DNA from: Candidatus Saccharimonadota bacterium | Lineage (GTDB): Bacteria; Patescibacteriota; Saccharimonadia; CAILAD01; BJGX01 | Length of the DNA: 40,378 nucleotides | Reading direction: 5' to 3' | Assembly: GCA_013816445.1 (NCBI GenBank) | Contig: JACDEK010000001.1 | Location: 1-40,378 of the forward strand | Shown here: one piece after another, positions 17,406 through 24,300 of the stretch | How positions within the stretch are numbered: the first letter of the stretch is position 1 | How the letters are laid out: the number at the start of each line of letters is the position of its first letter | Made by a program: the position numbers and the translations under genes | Notes under the pieces: generated by a model | Databases searched by the model: none | What the model was told of the DNA's origin: nothing | What the model saw: the letters and a program-made list of their open reading frames with translations, nothing else

Positions 17406-17515
17406 CTGCTCACCCTATGGCACGCTCTACAGGTCATACACCTAGCATACTCTATACCCTCGTGCCAGAACTTACTGTATCGGTTGTGTTTATGTAGTGG
17501 TACTAGTTTAATCAT
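17402..17515 (-). CDS. Cys/His-rich micro-ORF (37 aa)
   Basis: MIKLVPLHKHNRYSKFWHEGIEYARCMTCRACHRVSR; stop overlaps next ATG (ATGA). Confidence 0.4.
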   Translation of the reverse strand: MIKLVPLHKHNRYSKFWHEGIEYARCMTCRACHRVSR

Positions 17516-17557
17516 TTGGTACTTCTTTCTTAGAGTATTCAAATCTCTCTTTAATAC

Positions 17558-17767
17558 TTAATTTATAAAATGCACTATATTCCTTAGTTGTGTGATGATG
17601 TCGTTAATTTCTTTTTCTACAGGGCAATCTTCAAATGATTCATGCTGCTTATTTTTATTGTGGTGTAGATTTTTACAATCAACAATTCCATACAACTCTA
17701 CCAACTTTCCAAGCATCTGCTGTGTTTCTGGTTGTGAATCAATCTTTGCTTTTTCAGTCTTATTCAT
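17558..17767 (-). CDS. Hypothetical protein (69 aa)
   Basis: GGAGGAGGtaagATG at 17767 (29-bp junction cassette); the track ORF start at 17812 is less likely. Confidence 0.6.
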   Translation of the reverse strand: MNKTEKAKIDSQPETQQMLGKLVELYGIVDCKNLHHNKNKQHESFEDCPVEKEINDIITQLRNIVHFIN

Positions 17768-17791
17768 CTTACCTCCTCCAATATTATTAGT
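17763..17791. repeat. 29-bp gene-junction cassette, copy 1 (identical to 19974..20002)
   Basis: ttcatcttacctcctccaatattattagt. On the minus strand ACTAATAATATTGGAGGAGGTAAGATGAA encodes LIILEEVR-stop, an SD and the next ATG. Confidence 0.9.
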
Positions 17792-18561
17792 CCTACCTCT
17801 GGGTAGACACAATTTCTTAATACTTGTCGTTTGTTTTTTAACTTTATACCTGTAAGGTCTAGTCCGTGTAGGTCTGTAAGTTCGGGTATCTGAGCTTCTC
17901 GTATAATCGCCTTTCGTTGAGCTTCTTTACTGGCGTTGCGGTTCATTGTACCTATCTGAACATAGTCTATCTTTACTTCGGGTATCTTGAAGTTAGCCCA
18001 GAAGTAGTGTCTGCCCATCTTTTGCGGTTCGACTAGTGGTTTATAGTACCCCTGCACGTTCTCAACTACATACTTGCCCTTAAAAAAGTACTGTAAAAAT
18101 AGTATCTCTTGGTATAGTTTCATATCTGGGTATCTAAATATACCTTGCCCTTTAAGAAAAAAGTTTGTTTTGCTATGTGACTGACATGGAGGGCTTGACC
18201 ATATAAAGTCGTAATCTTGAAAGTGTTCCATCAAGTATTCATGTGCATCACCCACAACAACCTCATCATCAGGAAAGAATTGTTTGTATACCTCAGCTAT
18301 TTGTGGGTCATTCTCAACTGCCGTCACTTCCACATCTTTCCATAGCTTACGATTACCGCCGATACCAGCATATAGGTTTAATACTTTCATAATGGTCTTT
18401 CTATACATACTTGTGGGTATGGTGGTTTTGCACAGATGTCTTCTACCGCCCAATTCATTAGTACATTTACTACACCAAAGAATATTACTGTCGTTATAAG
18501 CATCACAATACTTATTGTTGCCAACTTCATACAACCCCCACATTGTGCTTGTACATCTCAA
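17764..18561 (-). CDS. dcm: DNA (cytosine-5) methyltransferase, compact; core may start at ATG 18390
   Basis: LNLYAGIGGN (motif I), SSPPCQSHS (IV), VVENVQG (VI), RQVLRNCVYPEV (X-like); 57-aa Cys-containing N-terminal extension is optional. Confidence 0.75.
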   Translation of the reverse strand: MRCTSTMWGLYEVGNNKYCDAYNDSNILWCSKCTNELGGRRHLCKTTIPTSMYRKTIMKVLNLYAGIGGNRKLWKDVEVTAVENDPQIAEVYKQFFPDDEVVVGDAHEYLMEHFQDYDFIWSSPPCQSHSKTNFFLKGQGIFRYPDMKLYQEILFLQYFFKGKYVVENVQGYYKPLVEPQKMGRHYFWANFKIPEVKIDYVQIGTMNRNASKEAQRKAIIREAQIPELTDLHGLDLTGIKLKNKRQVLRNCVYPEVGLIILEEVR

Positions 18562-18859
18562 ACTGCTTGTAACGTCCCTCAGCTACTTCTTTTGTAGCGG
18601 GGTACATATGTTTTAGTTTACGTCTACTACGTGTAATGCTCTCGGCACAGGTGCAATACATAAACTTTTTCTTTTGGTCTTCTGATAAAACAAAACCTTC
18701 TTTTTCCCAGAATGATAAAAGTAATTTCTTATCGCTACTTCTAAGCTCTGGAATATATTTGAGCAGGTTCTCAACTCTATTATTGGTTGTAATTTTTATT
18801 CCACCCTCTATTAGTTGTTCTTTTACCCATTTCTCTGGCAAGCTCTGGATTACTGGCAA
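18527..18859 (-). CDS. Hypothetical protein (110 aa)
   Basis: Track ORF; overlaps 18780..19004 by 80 nt. Confidence 0.5.
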   Translation of the reverse strand: MPVIQSLPEKWVKEQLIEGGIKITTNNRVENLLKYIPELRSSDKKLLLSFWEKEGFVLSEDQKKKFMYCTCAESITRSRRKLKHMYPATKEVAEGRYKQFEMYKHNVGVV

Positions 18860-19004
18860 AACCTTTTGGGGTTTTTACCTTACCGCCCTTTACTCGCCAT
18901 TGTCTACGCTCTTCATCTGAAAATCTACGTTTAGTTGTGAAAGACATTTTCTGTCCTCGTGTTAAAGTGTCGTAACGGTCTTGTTCTTCTTGGCTAAGTT
19001 GCAT
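18780..19004 (-). CDS. Hypothetical basic protein with KGG-like motif (74 aa)
   Basis: GGKVKTPKGFASNPELAREMGKR resembles stress-protein KGG repeats. Confidence 0.45.
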   Translation of the reverse strand: MQLSQEEQDRYDTLTRGQKMSFTTKRRFSDEERRQWRVKGGKVKTPKGFASNPELAREMGKRTTNRGWNKNYNQ

Positions 19005-19374
19005 TTATTCCCTCTTGTTTCATCTTATTTTCTATAGTTCTTAATCGGCTTTGTAAAACTGTTATTAGGTTTGATGTTGCCTGATATATGTTTTTTACGT
19101 TTTCGTATTGTCTTCGTTCTTCGGTGCTCTCACCTCGTGACATTGCTTCGGCTCTAGTGACTGGCATTTCTTTGTCCATGCACTCCGTAAAGACCATATA
19201 AGCTTTGTCTGTGGCTTCTTTATGTAGCGGAGCTATACTATCTGCTAAGTAGGAATTATATATAGCTAGTCTTGTCATAGTGTCAGATAGGTCTAGCGGG
19301 CTTTCCCATTGGTTCTGAGTATGTATAACCTCTCTATATTTGCATATACCCTCAATTGCTTTTTCTAGTTTCAT
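18994..19374 (-). CDS. Hypothetical protein (126 aa)
   Basis: Track ORF, operon context. Confidence 0.6.
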   Translation of the reverse strand: MKLEKAIEGICKYREVIHTQNQWESPLDLSDTMTRLAIYNSYLADSIAPLHKEATDKAYMVFTECMDKEMPVTRAEAMSRGESTEERRQYENVKNIYQATSNLITVLQSRLRTIENKMKQEGINAT

Positions 19375-19381
19375 AACAACC

Positions 19382-19978
19382 TTAAAATGGTATATCGTCT
19401 AAGTTGATTTCACCCTGTGGCTCTGGTAGTGGTGCATCATCGGTCTTCTTGCCCCACTTCTCACGAGCTTTGTCTTCTTCGCTAGTAACTCCGCTAGTAT
19501 CTTCGGTTGCTCCTGGGAATACTTCTTCTACTTTTTCAATACCAGCTTCAGATAAAAGCTCGTCCACGTCATCATCAGATGAAGTACGAACAGAAGCTGT
19601 TATTAGTACAGCTGTTAGACTAGCAGAAGTACCCTTACCAAACTTATTGTCGTATTGGAACGCTTGAGCCATAATACTAACAACTGCTCCGTAACCAAGA
19701 TCATCAGATACTAGACCATTAACTCCTACAATTTTTGTATAGTCATTTATTTTGAAAGAATACTGTATTACTTTGTCGCCCACTTCTGGCTCGTACTCTT
19801 TGAAGTTAGCCTTACCAGCATTGTCGGCTTTACCAATGTTATTATCTTTTACCCATTCATTAATGGTTTTTTGGGTTTCTGGGTTTGTTGCATCAATAGT
19901 TATTGATCTACCAAATCCTTCGTCCTTCATGTTTGCAAATACTACTTTTACATTATTTAGCTTGATTTTGTCGTTCAT
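19382..19978 (-). CDS. ssb: Single-stranded DNA-binding protein (gp2.5-like) with acidic C-terminal tail
   Basis: N-terminus KLNNVKVVFANM; acidic C-terminus ending LDDIPF, the hallmark SSB tail. Confidence 0.6.
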   Translation of the reverse strand: MNDKIKLNNVKVVFANMKDEGFGRSITIDATNPETQKTINEWVKDNNIGKADNAGKANFKEYEPEVGDKVIQYSFKINDYTKIVGVNGLVSDDLGYGAVVSIMAQAFQYDNKFGKGTSASLTAVLITASVRTSSDDDVDELLSEAGIEKVEEVFPGATEDTSGVTSEEDKAREKWGKKTDDAPLPEPQGEINLDDIPF

Positions 19979-20002
19979 CTTACCTCCTCCAATATTATTA
20001 GT
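19974..20002. repeat. 29-bp gene-junction cassette, copy 2
   Basis: Identical to 17763..17791. Confidence 0.9.
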
Positions 20003-20388
20003 AGTGCTTCCCTTATTTCATCTATAGTGTAAGTCTTGCTCTCAATTTCAATGCTTTCTGAGTTGTCTACCTTTGTGAACCCTTTAGTTTTATAATCATT
20101 CAACTTAATCTTGACACCTGCTTCCAATTCTATGACTTCATAAACATCTCTACGAACAACTACACAATCAGAATCAGTAGTAAATGTGCAACCAGAGCCA
20201 GTAGTAAATGTGCAACCAGAGCCAGTAGTAAATGTGCAACCAGAGCTAGTCTTAAATGTCCAGGCATCCTCATCACTGAAGTCTAAGACTAAACCATCAA
20301 CAGTACTAGAAAAAGTTCTTGTTTCTTTATCTAGTGTGTATAAACTTTTATTTAATGCTACTCCATCTTTTGTTATTGAGTATTTCAT
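19975..20388 (-). CDS. Hypothetical protein with (S/G)SGCTFTT octapeptide repeats (137 aa)
   Basis: GAGGAGGagaagaaATG; contains the 24-bp in-frame tandem repeat. Confidence 0.65.
   Translation of the reverse strand: MKYSITKDGVALNKSLYTLDKETRTFSSTVDGLVLDFSDEDAWTFKTSSGCTFTTGSGCTFTTGSGCTFTTDSDCVVVRRDVYEVIELEAGVKIKLNDYKTKGFTKVDNSESIEIESKTYTIDEIREALLIILEEVR
20177..20248. repeat. 24-bp tandem repeat x3 (gtagtaaatgtgcaaccagagcca), degenerate flanks
   Basis: Units 20177-20200 and 20201-20224 are identical; 20225-20248 has 1 mismatch; in frame. Confidence 0.9.
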
Positions 20389-20400
20389 TTCTTCTCCTCC

Positions 20401-20658
20401 TCAAATCTCTTTTTGGTATTCTGGTGCTAGATCAGCATACTGACTGTCTAGTAACTGGGCTGTCTGTTCTTCAGCGTGTCTTACCTGACCAACTAAGTCA
20501 TCTGACTGGCCAAAGTCTTGTTTGTATGCAACCTCGCCATTCACTTTTGCTACTAGTGTATACTCTACTTCTTGATCTGATGCCCAATCGTCAAATCCCA
20601 CATCCATTTTAGTCTCCTTTAATCCTGCGTTAGTTGATAACTTACTTAGATCGTCCAT
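20401..20658 (-). CDS. Small highly acidic protein (85 aa)
   Basis: Hand count 19 D/E vs 7 K/R; early arm. Confidence 0.55.
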   Translation of the reverse strand: MDDLSKLSTNAGLKETKMDVGFDDWASDQEVEYTLVAKVNGEVAYKQDFGQSDDLVGQVRHAEEQTAQLLDSQYADLAPEYQKEI

Positions 20659-20702
20659 CGCTGTAAAATCAATGCCTGCTATTGTGTGATCCGTATTCCC
20701 CC

Positions 20703-20942
20703 TTATTTACATAGGTTTACTAGTGTGGTATCTTTTTGTGCTGCTTGGCAAAGCACTTGGTTTTTTGTTCCCTCTAGGTATCCTCTGTTGAAGCTCCAGC
20801 TGTAAAACTTTACTGCTAGAAAACTAACTGCTACTAATGTAACAATACCCATGAGTGAGATTACTATCCACTTTGCTTTTTTGTTTGATTTCTTTTTCAT
20901 ATCGCCCTTTCGTTTATTTAATTTGTAACTCCATTGTATCAT
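20703..20942 (-). CDS. Small membrane protein (start possibly ATG 20900, MKKKSNKKAKWIVISLMGIVTLVAVSFLAV)
   Basis: Track ORF; one clear TM helix. Confidence 0.5.
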   Translation of the reverse strand: MIQWSYKLNKRKGDMKKKSNKKAKWIVISLMGIVTLVAVSFLAVKFYSWSFNRGYLEGTKNQVLCQAAQKDTTLVNLCK

Positions 20943-20958
20943 AGAGTTATGCTACTTG

Positions 20959-21762
20959 TCAAGACTTGTTATGTAGTTTTTTTGTATTAAGCACCTTATT
21001 GTGTCTGGCTAAGGTTAAAGCACATACCCATGCTTTTTTAGTTTCTTCTATGTCTTCGTCTACAAATACATATAGCTCGCCTGTTTTTGTGACGTACACA
21101 ACCATATACTGATCGCAACCGCTTCCGTATTCTTCTGTATAAGCTTCGTCATATGCTGAACATTGTATAAAGTCCTTTGGGTACGGTTTGACTTCGCCTG
21201 TCTTCCAATTAGCGTTTGGGTTTGCTGTCTTAAAATCTATCATTGTTAGTTTACCTTTGATATTCGCTAAGCAGTCAAAAGTTCCACAATAGTCATATTG
21301 CTTTGAGTATATAGGTTTTTCAGAATGTATATATGCAGGGTTATAGGTTTCTTGCCAGTGATTGAACGCATTCAAAGAGTGTTGCACCTGGGTATTGCTT
21401 GATACTATTGTGCTCTCTACTCCCTGAAGCTTTAAGGCTATATAATCAGCTATAAGTTTATGTACCTCTGTGCCTGTGTCTGCTCCTTTGTCTTTCTTAG
21501 CCGTATGAGCTTTTCTGGCGGTGTCTGAGGCGTTTTCTATGTCATTATCGGTGATTGTGCCTGTACGGTCAAAAACACGTCTTATATTGTCTCTAAACGT
21601 GTTAGCGGATAAATTAGCAGCCCACGAGATTAAGCCGTCTTTACTTGTTACTGAGTTTATAAGCGTTGTCACGCCCTCTTTGTACTCGCCATTTACTTTA
21701 TAGCGGTGTACGCCCTCGTTGAAGTCCATTTCTATTTCATTATTGTATAGTTTATATATCAT
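20959..21762 (-). CDS. PD-(D/E)XK family nuclease (Cas4/RecB-like recombination exonuclease)
   Basis: GTEVHKLIADYI ... GTFDCLANIKGKLTMIDFKTAN (D...D-x-K motif). Confidence 0.55.
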   Translation of the reverse strand: MIYKLYNNEIEMDFNEGVHRYKVNGEYKEGVTTLINSVTSKDGLISWAANLSANTFRDNIRRVFDRTGTITDNDIENASDTARKAHTAKKDKGADTGTEVHKLIADYIALKLQGVESTIVSSNTQVQHSLNAFNHWQETYNPAYIHSEKPIYSKQYDYCGTFDCLANIKGKLTMIDFKTANPNANWKTGEVKPYPKDFIQCSAYDEAYTEEYGSGCDQYMVVYVTKTGELYVFVDEDIEETKKAWVCALTLARHNKVLNTKKLHNKS

Positions 21763-21788
21763 TTATCGCCCTTTGTTATATATCTATA

Positions 21789-22217
21789 CTAGCTTAAGTC
21801 GTTCTCTTTGTCAAGTAATGCTTGTGTTTTCTTTTTGTACTCTTGAGCTATATCTATATAATCTTGATAGATGTATTTTTTTATTATATATGGTAGTTTA
21901 TCGAATGATTGTATTTCTTTTTCTGTATATTTGGTACGCATAAACTTATCGTATTCTCTTGGGTTGCTCTTGAGTCCCACGTTGCAGTGATAGCACTGTG
22001 CAAAAACTATGCTCTCGTTGAATAGCACGGAGTTCATTCGTCCTGGTATAAAATGCCCCGCCTGGAGCTTCTTGAACTCATACGGACGCTTACAGGTTAC
22101 GCAAGTGCCTATTCTACCCTCTGGCCATTGTGGCTTTGTATCTCGTGTACGAATGTACTTCGAAAACTCCGTCCATGCCTTCTTCTTCACTGTAGTAATC
22201 TTTTTTGTGTTCTTCAT
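21789..22217 (-). CDS. ninG: NinG/Rap-like recombination endonuclease
   Basis: KKKAWTEFSKYIRTRD...CVTCKRP...LQAGHFIPGR...NESIVFAQCYHCN. Confidence 0.55.
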   Translation of the reverse strand: MKNTKKITTVKKKAWTEFSKYIRTRDTKPQWPEGRIGTCVTCKRPYEFKKLQAGHFIPGRMNSVLFNESIVFAQCYHCNVGLKSNPREYDKFMRTKYTEKEIQSFDKLPYIIKKYIYQDYIDIAQEYKKKTQALLDKENDLS

Positions 22218-22253
22218 ATATAAATCATACGCTTGCCGTTTCTTTGTGTAAAG

Positions 22254-22278
22254 AAAAACCGCCCCTAGGGAAGGGCGG
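22254..22278 (-). terminator. Intrinsic terminator-like hairpin (minus strand)
   Basis: Minus strand CCGCCC-ttccctag-GGGCGG followed by TTTTTCTTT. Confidence 0.6.
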
Positions 22279-22298
22279 GCTCATATGTGATCTCTCTT

Positions 22299-22327
22299 AT
22301 AATATATCAACTAGTTTTAATTGTCAA
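22299..22327 (-). promoter_or_regulatory. Near-consensus sigma70-type promoter TTGACA-17-TATTAT (minus strand)
   Basis: Positions counted base by base: -35 at 22327..22322, 17-nt spacer, -10 at 22304..22299. Confidence 0.6.
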
Positions 22328-22435
22328 TAGCTCCCCTTACCCTTTTTAGCCTACGGCCATGAGAGTACGGTTTTGCTCCTTCCCTCTCTCTCTCCCTCTA
22401 GGCTATCTAGGATTAGAACCCCTGATAGTTAGCCT

Positions 22436-22455
22436 GTCGGTCGGTCGGTCGGTCG
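22436..22455. repeat. Tetranucleotide repeat (GTCG)5
   Basis: cctGTCGGTCGGTCGGTCGGTCGatag in intergenic region; adjacent CT-rich run 22383-22398. Confidence 0.9.
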
Positions 22456-22562
22456 ATAGAATCTCTAGGCTTATTTTGATACCAGCCAGACGCTCTATTA
22501 CGTTCCCTAGTAAAATTCATATAATCACATATGAATTAGTAACAGTATACCAAAGTAAAGAG

Positions 22563-22568
22563 TATAAT
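22563..22568 (+). promoter_or_regulatory. -10 TATAAT placed 6 nt before ATG 22575 (leaderless arrangement)
   Basis: gagTATAATacaagtATG; no SD. Confidence 0.45.
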
Positions 22569-22574
22569 ACAAGT

Positions 22575-22799
22575 ATGAAAAAGAAGTTTTTATTTAGTGA
22601 CCTTAAAGATGATGTATTTATGCAGTGGCTACAGTCCTTGCCTATAGGTTTTATTGATTACTTGTACATGGCTTACGAAGTTAACGAGAGGGATAGGGTT
22701 GATCACGAAGTGAAGCCCAGATTTATAAGTCCTATGTCGCACAATGAGAAGGTAGCAATTAGTCGAGCTTGGGAGCACATCCAAAAAAAGCCTAGCTGA
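22575..22799 (+). CDS. Hypothetical protein (74 aa) transcribed against the early arm; possibly leaderless
   Basis: Internal ATG of track ORF 22359..22799; the upstream part of that ORF is simple-repeat DNA. Confidence 0.5.
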   Translation: MKKKFLFSDLKDDVFMQWLQSLPIGFIDYLYMAYEVNERDRVDHEVKPRFISPMSHNEKVAISRAWEHIQKKPS

Positions 22800-22875
22800 T
22801 GCTAGACCTTTCTCGTCAGTTTTGGTAACTCGTTATACCGAACATGATACCGTTGTAGTAATCTCTTAAGTATTT

Positions 22876-23136
22876 TCATTTAGTTTCTCCTTTATATTCT
22901 GCCCAGAATCTACCGTCTTTCTGTAGCACTTCGTAGCCCTTTGATTGTACTTGATCAATCAATTGCCCGCATTCATTCTCTAGAGTAACATTGTGCAGTG
23001 TGGTGTCTTCTTGGTGTACTTCAGCATAGTTTTGCTCGCACGTTGTAACCATATTACCCACTAGTGCTTGATCGTCAAACTTACTGAGGCTTAGTATTAC
23101 GCTTAACGCTAGGATAGTTATTATCACGTAATTCAT
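22876..23136 (-). CDS. Small secreted/membrane-anchored protein (86 aa)
   Basis: AGGAGcaaataacATG at 23136; MNYVIITILALSVILSLSKF signal-anchor. Confidence 0.55.
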   Translation of the reverse strand: MNYVIITILALSVILSLSKFDDQALVGNMVTTCEQNYAEVHQEDTTLHNVTLENECGQLIDQVQSKGYEVLQKDGRFWAEYKGETK

Positions 23137-23156
23137 GTTATTTGCTCCTTTATTTA

Positions 23157-23381
23157 TTACCCTTCGTAACTGTCGTAGCTGTAAAACCAGTGTTTTTGCT
23201 CGTTGTGCCATCTTTGAATCTGTTTATCGTCATTGTTACAGCCTTTTGGCTTGCGAGCAGTCATACTTGAAGTTTCAGGGTCTTGACATATTTTTTGAGC
23301 TTCTGATTCTGTCAAACCTATTCTTATTACTCGACTCTTACTTTCACCTTGATATATTTTTCTTACTTCGTACATTATCAT
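23157..23381 (-). CDS. First early-arm protein (74 aa), hypothetical
   Basis: AAAGGAGtaaataaaATG. Confidence 0.6.
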   Translation of the reverse strand: MIMYEVRKIYQGESKSRVIRIGLTESEAQKICQDPETSSMTARKPKGCNNDDKQIQRWHNEQKHWFYSYDSYEG

Positions 23382-23452
23382 TTTATTTACTCCTTTATTT
23401 ATTAATAGTTACTTATAATCTAGATATATATATTGTAATCAGGGACTGACTC

Positions 23453-23486
23453 AGATTATCCAGTGTGTCATTACTAGGGATAATCT
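23453..23486. promoter_or_regulatory. Inverted repeat AGATTATCC-N16-GGATAATCT (operator candidate)
   Basis: Perfect 9-bp arms in the divergent control region; ATAATCTAGA also recurs at 23415 and 23481. Confidence 0.4.
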
Positions 23487-23823
23487 AGACTATAAGTACT
23501 TATTAAGTTGTCAAAGTTCTTGGTGAGGAGCGAGAGCAATAGTTTGATCTTTTTCGGCTTGGTGTGATCGTGCGGCCTATGCGCTTGCTATTGTGTGACT
23601 CGCTTTTGTCCTAGTTAAGACTGTTTGTGTTGCTTAACTTAATACCAGTATATACCAATAAGCTATGCAATGCAATAGTATTATAGTAGTAAAGTTATGC
23701 AATAAGCAAAAAAAGCCTTTGTTAAAGCAAAAGAAATGGCTATTCTTGGTGTAATCTCGGGTAATAATCAGTAAAAACACCTCTAAAAGGTATATAATAA
23801 GAGTAACAAAAGCACCTATATAG

Positions 23824-23829
23824 TATAAT
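23824..23829 (+). promoter_or_regulatory. -10 TATAAT placed 6 nt before terS ATG (leaderless arrangement)
   Basis: tagTATAATaagactATG; no SD; second TATAAT at 23793-23798. Confidence 0.4.
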
Positions 23830-23835
23830 AAGACT

Positions 23836-24300
23836 ATGGCGAAACTACTCACAACAAAACCCAAGCTTACTATTAAACAGCAACGTTTCATAAACGAATA
23901 CATTAAGAGTGGCAACGGTGCAGACGCGGTAAGGCGAGCGGGCTATACCCTTACAAGTAAGAACGGTTCAAAGACTCATATACAGGCCCTAGAGACAGCA
24001 AGCAGTATAGCAACGGAGAACTTGCGAAACCCTGCGATCAGTAACGCTATAAGTAAAGAGCTATTAAAGCTAAAATTAACACCAGAAAACATACTTAATA
24101 GAATTGATAGAATAGCAGACGATAGCGAGGCAAAGCATTCCGATAGGTTAAAAGCACTCGAGCTACTCGGTAAGCATACTAGTCTATTCAGTGAACTAAC
24201 AGAGAATAAACCAACAACAATAGTATTGAATCTTGGTGTACAAGTTAATAATAAAGGTGATGAGAAGGTGATACAGATAGAGCCAGAAGAGGTAGAATAG
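23836..24300 (+). CDS. terS: Terminase small subunit
   Basis: KLTIKQQRFINEYIKSGNGADAVRRAGYT... typical Terminase_2 N-terminus; upstream of terL. Confidence 0.85.
   Translation: MAKLLTTKPKLTIKQQRFINEYIKSGNGADAVRRAGYTLTSKNGSKTHIQALETASSIATENLRNPAISNAISKELLKLKLTPENILNRIDRIADDSEAKHSDRLKALELLGKHTSLFSELTENKPTTIVLNLGVQVNNKGDEKVIQIEPEEVE

Noticed and set aside
20177-20248. Possible CRISPR-like repeat array
   Set aside because: The units are contiguous with no spacers, in frame within a protein-coding gene, and only 24 bp x3.
22359-22574. N-terminal 72 codons of track ORF 22359..22799
   Set aside because: It is composed of CT-run, (GTCG)5 and other simple repeats, with no SD. The credible gene starts at ATG 22575.
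23634-23915. 93-aa hydrophobic minus-strand ORF overlapping the terS start
   Set aside because: It has no SD, an AT-rich low-complexity translation, and overlaps the well-supported terS N-terminus.
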